Both the position numbers and the translations under genes were made by a program. Shown here piece by piece: positions 1 to 9,648 of a stretch of 64,000 nt of DNA. The stretch is taken from NCBI GenBank assembly GCA_963737065.1, contig CAVTRC010000001.1:2176001-2240000 (forward strand). The letters are read 5' to 3'. Source of the stretch: Candidatus Eremiobacteria bacterium. GTDB taxonomy: Bacteria > Vulcanimicrobiota > Vulcanimicrobiia > Vulcanimicrobiales > Vulcanimicrobiaceae. Under the pieces are notes generated by a model. It ran no database searches, was not told where the DNA came from, and was given only the letters and a program-made list of their open reading frames with translations. Each line of letters starts with the position of its first letter. Within the stretch, counting starts at the first letter, position 1.

Positions 1-2
1 AG

Positions 3-1259
3 ATCCGGACGGACCTCGACCGCTCGGCCTTTGAGCGTCTCTTACGCGATGTCCAAGTCGCACTCGGACGAATAACGACGACGCGGCTGGAAGCGCGCCC
101 GATCGACATCGATCTCCTGGCGTTCGATGATACGGTCCATCCGAATCTTGCCATGCGACACTACAACGCCGTGCCGCTCGCCGAGATCGCGCCTGCATAC
201 AAGCATCTCGCGCAACAGAACGGTCACGGCAGCCTGCGCAAGCGCGAACGCAGCCTGCACTTTGATGCAAACCGTCAAGAAGAAGCGCCCGAAGTACGGT
301 TGTCGCTCAATCGTGTCGGCGTCTCGCGGGTTCGCCGCATCGTGCATCTCGATATCGACGGTCACCCGCGCGTGTTCAACGGCGAATTTACGATGGTCGC
401 GGATCTCGCCCCCGACAAAGCGGGCGTGCACATGTCGCGCTTCTCCGAAATTCTCGAAGAAGCAACGCTGGACGTGCTCTCCGCAACGTCGGAGCCGGCG
501 CGTATCGAGCGCCTCGTCGAATCCGTCGCGCGACAGATCGTCCGCAGCCAGCGCGCAATCCGCGCCGACGTTCGCTTGCGCGCGGATTTCGGTCTCGAAC
601 GCTGGACGCCGGTGAGCGGTAAACGCGGCGAAGAAACGTACACGCTGACCGGTATCGCGCACGCGGATGAATCAGGAACGCGCCGCGTCGTCGGCGTCGA
701 AGCCGAGGGCATGACGGCGTGTCCATGCGCGCAACTGATGGTGCGTGAGCACTCGATGCACCAGCTGATCGACGCGGGATTCACGGAAGAGCAAGCGGCG
801 CGCGCGCTCGACGCGCTGCCCGTCGCAACGCACAATCAACGCGGGCGCGGTGCGATGCTTTTGGGTGTCGACGACGCCAACGCCGGCGCGATCCGCGCCG
901 AAGATCTGGTGGAGATCGTCGAGAGCTCGATGTCGAGCGAAACGTACGATCTTTTGAAGCGTCCCGACGAGTTTTTCATCGTCAACAAAGCACACCACAA
1001 TCCGAAGTTCGTCGAGGACGTCGTCCGCGGCATTCTCGCACGTGCGCTCGATATGTACGCGGACTTGAGCGACGAGACGTTCGTCTTCGCGAGCCAAGTG
1101 AACTACGAATCAATCCACAAACACGACGCCTTCGCGGAAGCGTTCGGTCTCTTCGGCGAATTCCGTGAAGAGCTAAAGACGGGGACTTACGTCACCACGA
1201 AAACCGACGTCGCAGCGTGGCTCGGCACGCGCCATTCGACGGTCCTATTGTCATCCTGA
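3..1259 (+). CDS. folE2: FolK (HPPK) C-terminal part fused to GTP cyclohydrolase FolE2/MptA family; 5'-partial
   Basis: Frame is open from position 3. The N-terminal part reads LGR...RPIDIDLL...HP...VPLAEIAP (FolK signature). The downstream part has GVHMSRF, GMTACPC, ATHNQRG, KRPDE, PKFVEDVVR and ESIHKHDA (FolE2 family motifs). Confidence 0.85.
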   Translation: MRTDLDRSAFERLLRDVQVALGRITTTRLEARPIDIDLLAFDDTVHPNLAMRHYNAVPLAEIAPAYKHLAQQNGHGSLRKRERSLHFDANRQEEAPEVRLSLNRVGVSRVRRIVHLDIDGHPRVFNGEFTMVADLAPDKAGVHMSRFSEILEEATLDVLSATSEPARIERLVESVARQIVRSQRAIRADVRLRADFGLERWTPVSGKRGEETYTLTGIAHADESGTRRVVGVEAEGMTACPCAQLMVREHSMHQLIDAGFTEEQAARALDALPVATHNQRGRGAMLLGVDDANAGAIRAEDLVEIVESSMSSETYDLLKRPDEFFIVNKAHHNPKFVEDVVRGILARALDMYADLSDETFVFASQVNYESIHKHDAFAEAFGLFGEFREELKTGTYVTTKTDVAAWLGTRHSTVLLSS

Positions 1260-1354
1260 GCTGCACCGCCGCTTGTACACCGGCGTTATGGCGGCCTGAC
1301 GACGACCCGGTCGGCTACGTCAATCGAACCCCGCAGGCATGCGCCACCGGGACT

Positions 1355-1384
1355 TTGAGAACCGCCGGGAAAGTATGCTATAAG
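1355..1384 (+). promoter_or_regulatory. Putative sigma70 promoter for the 1416 gene
   Basis: TTGAGA-N18-TATAAG with an extended -10 TG. Confidence 0.35.
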
Positions 1385-1415
1385 GGAACGTTGCAACTGC
1401 CTTAGAGGTGCTTTA

Positions 1416-2573
1416 ATGAAGCTATCGTCGCGCATTTCAAACGCGGGTATTGCCGCTTGTGTGATAATTTTGAGTTTGCTCGCCGGATGTTCCGGTTCTT
1501 CATCGTTGCCGCGGGCCGCAACACAATGGCAGCTATCACCGCAGAGCGCGACACAGCTGCCCGGTGCCGGCCAAGTCGACGCGTATTCCACATGGGGCAG
1601 CTCCGTGACGCAAACCGCGCTGCCCGGTGCGGGTTGTTACGAAGCGTCGTATCCGTCGCATACGTGGACTCGCATCGCGTGCGCGCGTCCGCCGCACTTG
1701 CTCTATCCGCTTCCCGCGTCGTCTTCCGCGCGCGCTGCTGCGCTCGCGAGACAAAGCGTCGGCAATGGTAACGATTTCACTGCAGACGTCAAACCGCACA
1801 GCATGTCGGAGGCCGTCGGGACGTTTCCGCTCGTGAGCGGCGTAACAAGCGTGAAGAGCGTGCGAAACCCGATATTCCCCTGCTGCGGTGAAGACGGCAC
1901 GAACAGCTACACACTACAACTCAATTCGTATTTCTTTTCGACCGCCGCATGCGGAACGATCAAGAATTGCTTGGGCTGGGAGCAGTTCGTGTACGAGAAT
2001 CCGCCCGGTACGAGCGCCGGTTATCTTTTCATTCAAGATTGGCTCATTCCGACGACGTCCAGTGGCCTGAGTGGATGTCCTGCGAATAAGGGCTGGGAGT
2101 TCGCCGACGGCGGCTGCGTGCAAAATAGTCCGTATGCCGTCGAGATCAATAACATCTCGATCAAGAAATTGGCAACCCTCGAGGAAGAGGGCGTCGCGTC
2201 GTCCACCGGCGACAGCATTTATCTTCGCGAGGGCAGCACGCTTTTCGGTCTCAAGAACATCCAGAGTGACGGCATTACCGACCTCCGCGGACATTGGGGC
2301 GGCGCCGAATTCAACATCATCGGCAATGCCGGTGGAGATATCGCCGACTTCAATAGCGGATCGACGATTGAAGTGCGTCTCGAAGCCGTGGACGGCGCCC
2401 TCACGGCACCGACGTGTCCTGCGAACACCGGAACGACCGGCGAATCAAATAATCTGAATTTCGTGCACGCTCCGTCAAGTCCGACGAAGCTGCGCTACCC
2501 GTCGATCCTCTTCACCATGAGCAATCTATCGGGCAAAGGAACCGCATCGTGCGACGCGGTCGCCGCCACGTAG
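1416..2573 (+). CDS. Secreted Cys-rich lipoprotein, function unknown
   Basis: 385-aa ORF with lipobox LAGC and a GAGG RBS. Confidence 0.75.
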   Translation: MKLSSRISNAGIAACVIILSLLAGCSGSSSLPRAATQWQLSPQSATQLPGAGQVDAYSTWGSSVTQTALPGAGCYEASYPSHTWTRIACARPPHLLYPLPASSSARAAALARQSVGNGNDFTADVKPHSMSEAVGTFPLVSGVTSVKSVRNPIFPCCGEDGTNSYTLQLNSYFFSTAACGTIKNCLGWEQFVYENPPGTSAGYLFIQDWLIPTTSSGLSGCPANKGWEFADGGCVQNSPYAVEINNISIKKLATLEEEGVASSTGDSIYLREGSTLFGLKNIQSDGITDLRGHWGGAEFNIIGNAGGDIADFNSGSTIEVRLEAVDGALTAPTCPANTGTTGESNNLNFVHAPSSPTKLRYPSILFTMSNLSGKGTASCDAVAAT

Positions 2574-2859
2574 TGACCGTCAGTCACAGCCTATCGGTTG
2601 GCTTTACAAAGAACCATGTGGCACAGTTATATGTCGTTTGGAATCCGCAGCGTAGTTCAGCGATCGAAGCAATGCTGAAAGGATCATCGTCGGAGATTCC
2701 TTTACGCGGCGCGATGGCGTGTACAGGCAACGTAGCGTCAGCCCTGCCGGCGTATTTGAACTCGAGAATGTGCTTGGAGCGCGCGACGTCGTTCGTGCTT
2801 CATCTTTCAGTAGAGACTTGAAGTAAGGGCCGCTTCCGCGTCCGCCGAATTCGATCGGC

Positions 2860-3003
2860 ATGGACGATTTCGCATACAGCGTCGTTCTCGCGCCTGACGT
2901 CGACGGAGGCTTTGTCGTATCGGTTCCCGCCTTGCCGGAAGCGCACTCGCAAGGCGAGACGGTCGAACAGTGCCTGGAACGTGCTCGCGAGGTTATCGAG
3001 CCG
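2860..3003 (+). pseudogene. hicB: HicB-family antitoxin, C-terminally truncated
   Basis: YSVVL.PD.DGGFVVSVPALPEAHSQGETVEQCLERAREVIE, then similarity is lost abruptly. Confidence 0.7.
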
Positions 3004-3048
3004 GACCATTTGGTATGCCTGCGATTTTTAACTACTCTCGTCGCGACA

Positions 3049-3752
3049 TCATCTGCGTTCCGCCGGATCGGACGAAGTGCGTAGTTGATCGATGTGAGTC
3101 TGCAACTCGCGGGTCAGTGTGTCGAGCTGCTCTCGCATCATCGTCGCGCTAGGTTGTTGAGGAATCTTTTGCAGCGCGTGCACGCGGATGAAGCTTAAGT
3201 TGTCTAGCCGCTTTGAAAGAAGGTCGTGAACGACGGCGCCCTGGATAAGCACGAGCTGAGGCTTTAAAACGATCAATTGATCCCAAAGCAAATTCATGTC
3301 GCGAGCGATGTCAATGCTCGCGCTGCTGATCTTTGTACGCGCCGGGAGCGGGCACTTCACAAGTGGCAGCCACGCGGTTTCATACGATTGCAACCCAAGT
3401 TGCTTAAAAAGCGGCGCCTTCCACCGGCGATAGAACGGATTTGTTCGCGAAACGATTGCCATAGGCGGTAGGCATCGCAGTAGTCAGCGTAGCCGCCAGT
3501 ACGCCCCCATCGCCGGAAAGCGTCTCGCGCCTCGGAATACTCCAATGATGGAAGTTCAGACTCGTTGGGATAATATGATATTGCTGTCAGCAGCGGCGGA
3601 CGGTCAACGGGAATAAATCCTGGCTCGAGCGCACGGTGTGCATTGCGGCCGAGGGATTCGTAATGGACGTTCGGATCGAGGCGTATTATCTCGCTTCCTA
3701 TGCGAGCGAATTCCTCAACAACGCTTCGATAAGCATCGCTCGTGGACGTCAT
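3049..3752 (-). pseudogene. Uracil-DNA-glycosylase-superfamily-like protein split by a frameshift near 3440-3465
   Basis: Overlapping ORFs 3357-3752 and 3049-3462. The C-terminal part has LVKCPLP...LLWDQLIVLKPQLVLIQG, resembling UDG-family motifs. Confidence 0.5.
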
Positions 3753-3967
3753 CGTAACGAAGTTCGCGCTTCTATTGAAGCTTCTTGCTGTGATACGTAA
3801 CTTCGGTCATTAAGCGGTCGCAACGAAGCGCTCCACAGCGCTCCTGCGCGCGCCGGCCGCGCAAATACGCCGCTGCGAGGATGCGCTAATGCTGCTACGA
3901 ATCCCATGGTGTTCACCGTGCGGCTTGCTCTGCCGCGCGGTGGTGCTCCATGCGGAGGACATCGGAA

Positions 3968-5310
3968 ATGGCTCGATGGCCGAAGCTCAAGAATCGTTCA
4001 AACTCGGTGAGGGCATCGAGCGCCAACGGAAACGGCGGCGATCTTGGTTTTGAAGCAACGCTCTGGTCGGCGGCCGATACGTTGCGCGGCGCAATGGACG
4101 CCTCGGAATACAAGCACCCGGTGCTCGGGCTAATTTTCCTCAAATATATTTCCGACGCGCTCGAGGAGCTACATGCGCGGCTCGCTGCGGATCCCGAGTC
4201 CGATCCTGAGGATCGCGACGAATACACCGCTCGAAATGTCTACTGGGTACCGGTCGAGGCGCGTTGGTCAGGCATAGCAGCGAAGGCGAAGTCGCCGCAG
4301 ATCGGCGAGATTGTCAACAATGCGATGACTGCAATCGAGCATGATAACGCGCGTCTCCGCGGCGTCCTTTCGAAAGAGTATGCGAAGCCGTCTCTCGGCT
4401 CAACGCGCCTTGGGCAGATCATCGACCTTATCAACGGCATCGGCTTGGGTGACGCAGAGGCGCGTAAGCATGACGTCATCGGGCGGGTCTATGAGTATTT
4501 TCTCGGGCGCTTTGCGAATGCCGAAGGAAAAGCGGGCGGCGAATTCTACACGCCGCGATCGGTTGTGCGGCTTATGATCGAAATGATTGAGCCGTTCAAA
4601 GGGCGCGTCTTCGACCCATGTTGCGGTTCTGGCGGCATGTTCGTGCAGTCCGAACAGTTCGTTCTCGCGCACGGTGGAAAGATCGGCGACGTCTCGATTT
4701 ACGGCGAAGAATCGAACCACACGACGTGGCGCCTGGCCATGATGAATCTCGCGATCCGCGGCATCGACGCAGAGATCTCGTGGAAGGAGGCCGGTTCGTT
4801 TCTTCAGGACGCGTATCCCGATGTAAAGGCCGATTTTATCCTTGCAAATGCGCCGTTTAACGACAGCGAATGGGGCGCCCAAGGCCTTCGCGACGACAAG
4901 CGTTGACGTTACGGCATTCCGCCTGCGGGAAACTCGAACTACGCCTGGATTCAGCATTTCGTGTATCATCTCGCGCCGAGCGGTGTTGCAGCGTTCGTTA
5001 TGGCGAACGGCTCCATGTCATCGAACCAAAGCGGCGAGGGGCGAAATTCGCAAGAACCTGATCGAAGCGGAGCACAGCGGGCTCGTCGACTGCATGATCG
5101 CACTGCCCGGGCAGCTTTTTTACACAACGCAAATTCCAGTGTGTGTATGGATTCTTGCGCGCGATCGCCGAAAACCACAAATTCCGCGATCGCAGCGGCG
5201 AGATTCTTTTCATTGATGCCCGCAAGATGGGTCAGATGACGGACCGCACGCATAGAACCTTGCGTGACGAAGACGTTGCAAAGATCGCCGGCGCGTATCA
5301 CGCGTGGCGC
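3968..5310 (+). pseudogene. hsdM: Type I restriction-modification methyltransferase subunit, disrupted
   Basis: [20 protein letters not shown] and [10 protein letters not shown] motifs. In-frame TGA at 4904-4906 where Trp is expected, frameshifts near 5040 and 5172, truncated after YHAWR; no hsdS/hsdR nearby. Confidence 0.92.
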
Positions 5311-5553
5311 ATGTTGTTTTGCTTCGGATGAACGACACCGATAGACCGATGAACCTGAGCGTCACGCCGTCCTCGGGACCATGCTATGCCGGCGCGCGGA
5401 TAGACTGTTGGAACGTGATCCACGCGCGCAACGCGCATAAAACGGAATTCGTTTTATTGCAATTCGCGAAAACGAGCGGGCGCCTCGTAAACGCTAGTAT
5501 TCGCGCTGCTAAGATGTAAGCTGAACGTGTAGCAATACGAAAGGCGGCGAATT

Positions 5554-6552
5554 ATGCGAATCGCTTTTCATGCCTTTTTCCGCCTCGCAGCGGCCGTTGT
5601 CACCGCGTTGATGCTTGCGTCGTGCGCCGCTCAAAGCACATCGCCCGTTGTTCCGAACGGCCAAACACCGACGGCGTCCGCGCCGTCCGATGCCGCGATT
5701 CCTGCGGCAGCGCAGCCGGCACCGTACGACGAACGCGCTGCCCCGTCCATCGACCATATTCCGCTCAGAACAGATGCCGTTCTTCCGTTCCGCGCCGATT
5801 TTACGGCACGCCGTCTACGAGGCGCGCCGATGTCGATCGCGGGGCCAAACGATCACGAGGACGCGGGTGTCGGCTTCAACGTGTCCGGACGTTATACGTC
5901 GCTCTTTGCGATCCATCAAGTGCATCCCGGATTGCAAATCGTCAATCCGCGCGGGCAAGATGGAACGTCGTTCCTCTATGCGCCGACGACGAAGGACGGC
6001 TGTTTCGAGAACACGACTGCATACGCTACGAATTCGGCTGGAACTACGGCCGATCTCGGCGTCTTCGACTGGTGTAACAACGGTGGATTCATCGCGGGCG
6101 TGAGCATCGATACGTCGTTCGTGCGCCTGTACGTGCGCCGCATCGCCGGACTCGCGGTGTACGCAACGGAAATTTATACGCCGGATCTCCATCCGCACAC
6201 CGGCAGCAGGTGGTACTCGCTCATCTATAACTTCGTCACGCATCGCTGGAACGCAATCGCCGAGATCGCACAACAGCCGGCATCTCCGTCATATGGTGGC
6301 TGGAGCATTTTCGAGTTTTATTTCTTGCCCGGTCCGTGCCCCGTGCTGGCTTCCATTTCTGCCGGTGCGCTATCGCTCTTCGACACGCGAACCCGTCAGT
6401 GGCGTCTCATTACACCATGGCTTCCCGACGTACAAGGCGCCGTCTTTACCGGACCGCCGGGCAGCTGTTTCGTCTACAATGCGCCGGTCGGAGCGATGTA
6501 CAAGCTAGAACGCGTCTTCCCGTACTTCTACTGGATGGTTTCGACGATTTAA
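5554..6552 (+). CDS. Secreted lipoprotein, function unknown
   Basis: 332-aa ORF with lipobox LASC, a Pro/Ala linker and an aromatic-rich domain. Confidence 0.7.
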   Translation: MRIAFHAFFRLAAAVVTALMLASCAAQSTSPVVPNGQTPTASAPSDAAIPAAAQPAPYDERAAPSIDHIPLRTDAVLPFRADFTARRLRGAPMSIAGPNDHEDAGVGFNVSGRYTSLFAIHQVHPGLQIVNPRGQDGTSFLYAPTTKDGCFENTTAYATNSAGTTADLGVFDWCNNGGFIAGVSIDTSFVRLYVRRIAGLAVYATEIYTPDLHPHTGSRWYSLIYNFVTHRWNAIAEIAQQPASPSYGGWSIFEFYFLPGPCPVLASISAGALSLFDTRTRQWRLITPWLPDVQGAVFTGPPGSCFVYNAPVGAMYKLERVFPYFYWMVSTI

Positions 6553-6959
6553 TCTTTCAGCTTTTTCGGTTTAGCGCGCGCATTCAATGCGACTGCCTCA
6601 CGAACAAGCGCCTTCAGCGCTTTTTCGTCGATCGTTTCGCCTTCATGAAAATCGATGGCGCGTCGCACGTTGCCTTCGAGACTTGAATTGAAGAGGTTCG
6701 AGCGATCTTCAAGGGCGGCTCCCTTGGCAAACGTCATCTTCACCAGATTCTTGTACGTTTCACCGGTGCAGACCATGCCGTCGTGATACCACACCGGAAC
6801 TCCGCGCCATTTCCATTCTTCGACGACGTCGGGATCAGCTTGCTTGATCAACGTGCGGATCTGCGCGAGCATTCTGCCGCGCCAATCGCCGAGTTCTTTG
6901 ATTCGTTCGTCGATCATGCGCGATGGAGATTTGCCGTCTTGCGAACCGGTCTTCGTCAT
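6549..6959 (-). CDS. DUF1801 (YdhG-like) protein
   Basis: DWRG...EEWKWRGVPVW.HDG...FNSSLEGNVRRAIDF family signature; GGAG RBS. Confidence 0.88.
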   Translation of the reverse strand: MTKTGSQDGKSPSRMIDERIKELGDWRGRMLAQIRTLIKQADPDVVEEWKWRGVPVWYHDGMVCTGETYKNLVKMTFAKGAALEDRSNLFNSSLEGNVRRAIDFHEGETIDEKALKALVREAVALNARAKPKKLKD

Positions 6960-6973
6960 ACTGTTACTCCGTG

Positions 6974-7330
6974 TTAACCCTGCGGTGGTTGACGTAGCCC
7001 GACGATCGAACCGTTCGGCTCTTTGACGCTCGCGACGAGCAGGCCGTAGCCGACGTTTTTGACGGGTTGCACGACCCTGCCGCCTGCGTCTTCCAAAGCC
7101 TTGATGCTCGCTTCAATGTCACTCACCGTCCAGTACGCGAGCGCGCCTTGCGCGTTATCGTCTTCGCTCGGCACGAGACCGATTTCCATATCGCTGTCGC
7201 TGCTTTTGTATCCGACGTACCGGGGACTATCGACGTAGGGGTCGCCTCCCATCAGCTCACGAAAGAATTGCTTCGCTTTGTCCACGTCTGCGACCGTATA
7301 GATGATTAGCGAGATGTCCTTCACTGTCAT
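6974..7330 (-). CDS. VOC/glyoxalase family protein
   Basis: Start MTVKD after GAGAGGAG; VADVDKAKQFF, AYWTVSDIEAS, EPNGSIVGL. Confidence 0.85.
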   Translation of the reverse strand: MTVKDISLIIYTVADVDKAKQFFRELMGGDPYVDSPRYVGYKSSDSDMEIGLVPSEDDNAQGALAYWTVSDIEASIKALEDAGGRVVQPVKNVGYGLLVASVKEPNGSIVGLRQPPQG

Positions 7331-7348
7331 TACTCCTCTCATTTCCAT

Positions 7349-7376
7349 GACAGATCGTACGCGGTGAAACGTGACA
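7349..7376 (-). promoter_or_regulatory. Putative ECF41-type promoter driving the VOC-DUF1801 genes
   Basis: Minus strand reads TGTCACG-N17-TGTC, similar to the ECF41 TGTCACA/CGTC motif; adjacent to the sigma gene. Confidence 0.5.
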
Positions 7377-8242
7377 GCCTCGCCGAGCGCTTCGACGCGG
7401 CTCGCCCGCGCTTGCAGCGCATTGCGCAACGCATTTTGGGATCGGCTGCCGAATCCGACGATGCGCTGCAAGAGACCTGGCTTCGCATCAGCCGCGCCGA
7501 CACCGCCGCCGTCGCAAATGTTGACGGGTGGTTGACGACCGTTGTCGCGCGCGTCTGTTACAATGCGCTGAAATGGCGCGAGAGCCGCCGTGAAGACCTG
7601 CAGCCCGATGATCCTCGGCACGACGTTGAGGCGATCGCTTCCGGCGAACGGCCGGAAGAAGAAGCCGTACTCGCCGAGTCGGTCGGCGCAGCGTTATTGA
7701 TCCTGCTCGACACATTGACGCCGGCAGAGCGTGTGGCATTCGTATTGCACGATATGTTCGATGTACCGTTCGATGACATCGCAACAATCGTAGAGAAGAC
7801 GCCGGACGCGGCGCGGCAACTCGCGAGCCGCGCGCGGCGGCGCGTGCGCGGTGCGTCGGCCGATCGGGATGTCGGGACACAGCGCCACGACGAACTGGTG
7901 CGCGCATTCTTCGAAGCCTCACGCGCGGGCAATTTTATGGCACTGCTTTCGTTGCTCGACCCGGCCGTCACGCTTCGCGCAGATGCAGTCGTGGCTGCCA
8001 TTGGCGCGGCACCCGTCGTCTCGGGTGCGAACGCGGTGGCGGAGACGTTTATCGTTCGCTGGCGTGGCTCCGTCGCCGCGCAGCCCGCGCTTTTCGGCGA
8101 TGAACCGGCCGCCGTGTGGATGCACCACGGAAGTCCGCGCGTGCTCTTCCGTTTTACCGCTGATCGCAATCGCATCGTCAATATCGATTTGATCGGTGAT
8201 CCCGACGCGCTGCAGCGCGCGGTCGTCCGCACGCCGCTTTGA
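7364..8242 (+). CDS. ECF sigma factor with C-terminal SnoaL-like extension (SigJ/ECF41 type)
   Basis: DDALQETWLR, WLTTVVARV, LTPAERVAFVLHDMF, RQLASRARRRV; C-terminal LLDPAVTLRAD. Confidence 0.9.
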   Translation: MKRDSLAERFDAARPRLQRIAQRILGSAAESDDALQETWLRISRADTAAVANVDGWLTTVVARVCYNALKWRESRREDLQPDDPRHDVEAIASGERPEEEAVLAESVGAALLILLDTLTPAERVAFVLHDMFDVPFDDIATIVEKTPDAARQLASRARRRVRGASADRDVGTQRHDELVRAFFEASRAGNFMALLSLLDPAVTLRADAVVAAIGAAPVVSGANAVAETFIVRWRGSVAAQPALFGDEPAAVWMHHGSPRVLFRFTADRNRIVNIDLIGDPDALQRAVVRTPL

Positions 8243-8318
8243 TGGCGTTGCCTCTCCCGTGTGCGCGAGTGCGACCGTCGCTTGTTTCAAGACGCCAAAG
8301 TGCGCTACGGTGTAGCTG

Positions 8319-9200
8319 ATGAAGCAGTGTGTTCTCTTCGTTGCTTTTCTTGTGGCTGCCGTGTCGGCTTCGGCCGCGCCTGCGCCGGTTCAGTTTAACG
8401 TTCCATCCGTAGACACCATGATGGACTTTCATGGTAACCCGGCCGGGGCAGATCTTGTCGTATTTGCCGGTGGAAACGAATGGTTCGCATTGCCAAGCGT
8501 TTTTGCCGCGTTCCAGCGCGCGCATCCGGAAGTCCGCAGCATTTATTACGAGACGCTTCCACCCGGCGTCCTTGCGGAACAAATGCACGCGGGCGCCATT
8601 CGCGTGGGTGGATTGACGTTGACCGTAAAACCCGACGTGTATATCTCGGGCAAGAAGCGCATGCAAAAGGAGCAACGTGCAGGCGCAGTCGAGCGTGCGG
8701 TGCTCTTCGCGAGCAACGATCTCGCGATCATCGTAAGGAAGGGAAATCCCAAATCGATCCACAGCCTCTTAGATCTGGGCCGGGCCGACGTGCGCGTCGC
8801 AATGCCGAATCCGAAGACCGAAGGCATCGCGCGACAGATCGAGCTCGCATATAAAAAAGCCGGCGGTGATAGGCTCGTGCGTACGATCATGGTGGCGAAA
8901 GTGCGCAACGGCACGACAATCCTCACGTCAATTCATCATCGCGAAACGCCCGCGTGGGTCGCTCAAGGTAAGGTGGATGCGGGCCCGGTCTGGATCTCGG
9001 AAGCCCTCTATCAACAGCGTGTCCGAAGCGCAATCACGGTAATCCGCATTGCGCAACGCGTCAATGTCACCGGCCTGTATCTCGCCGCGATCGTGAAACA
9101 CGCGCCTCATCGACAAGCCGCGCACGCATTTACATCGTTTCTTACGAGTCCGCAAGCGCAGGCGATCTATCGTTCGTACGGGTTCAGTCGTCCTCTGTAA
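8319..9200 (+). CDS. Molybdate/tungstate-type ABC substrate-binding protein (ModA-like), with no permease nearby
   Basis: Signal peptide; N.LAIIVRKGNPK.I.SL.DL and AQAIYRSYGF. Confidence 0.8.
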   Translation: MKQCVLFVAFLVAAVSASAAPAPVQFNVPSVDTMMDFHGNPAGADLVVFAGGNEWFALPSVFAAFQRAHPEVRSIYYETLPPGVLAEQMHAGAIRVGGLTLTVKPDVYISGKKRMQKEQRAGAVERAVLFASNDLAIIVRKGNPKSIHSLLDLGRADVRVAMPNPKTEGIARQIELAYKKAGGDRLVRTIMVAKVRNGTTILTSIHHRETPAWVAQGKVDAGPVWISEALYQQRVRSAITVIRIAQRVNVTGLYLAAIVKHAPHRQAAHAFTSFLTSPQAQAIYRSYGFSRPL

Positions 9201-9310
9201 CGTTGGTTACATTTGGTAGCGGAAGTTGATTCCAGTCAATCGACCAAAAAACCGGCGGATGTTACGATGAACAATATTGTGCGTATCCGCGAACGAAAAG
9301 GATTGAATGA

Positions 9311-9592
9311 ATGCCCGAATATAGCGACTTCCTGAACCAACTCGCCGACCGTATCCACCATCGAGCAAAGGAACGCGACGTTCGCGGCATGTATCGCCTG
9401 GCAAATGTATGGCGTCTCAACGGCGCGGAAGCCAGCATCACGCGCGATCCCTCATCAAGCGATCTTGTCATACAGTTCCGTTGCGGTCCGGACGCATCGC
9501 GCTTTTCGTATCTGAAAGCTGATGGTCTCGACTCGACCGCCGATGCAATGATCGAGAGGCTCGACTGGCTGCGGCATACAGCACTGCAGTAA
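9311..9592 (+). CDS. Hypothetical protein
   Basis: 93-aa ORF with AAAGGA upstream, filling an intergenic gap. Confidence 0.5.
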   Translation: MPEYSDFLNQLADRIHHRAKERDVRGMYRLANVWRLNGAEASITRDPSSSDLVIQFRCGPDASRFSYLKADGLDSTADAMIERLDWLRHTALQ

Positions 9593-9648
9593 AAGCGCGG
9601 CGGGAAATCGCAGCCACGTCACGACGCGAGCGATCGGGAGGGTAGATC

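Noticed and set aside
2740..2821. hicA remnant upstream of hicB
   Set aside because: Faint resemblance only (LERA..FVLH); the GSH motif is missing.
3790..3820. dif/res-like recombination site
   Set aside because: Weak dyad with no convincing XerD arm and no recombinase nearby.
4904..4906. TGA recoding (Trp or Sec) in hsdM
   Set aside because: Many intact genes end in TGA, and hsdM has other lesions.
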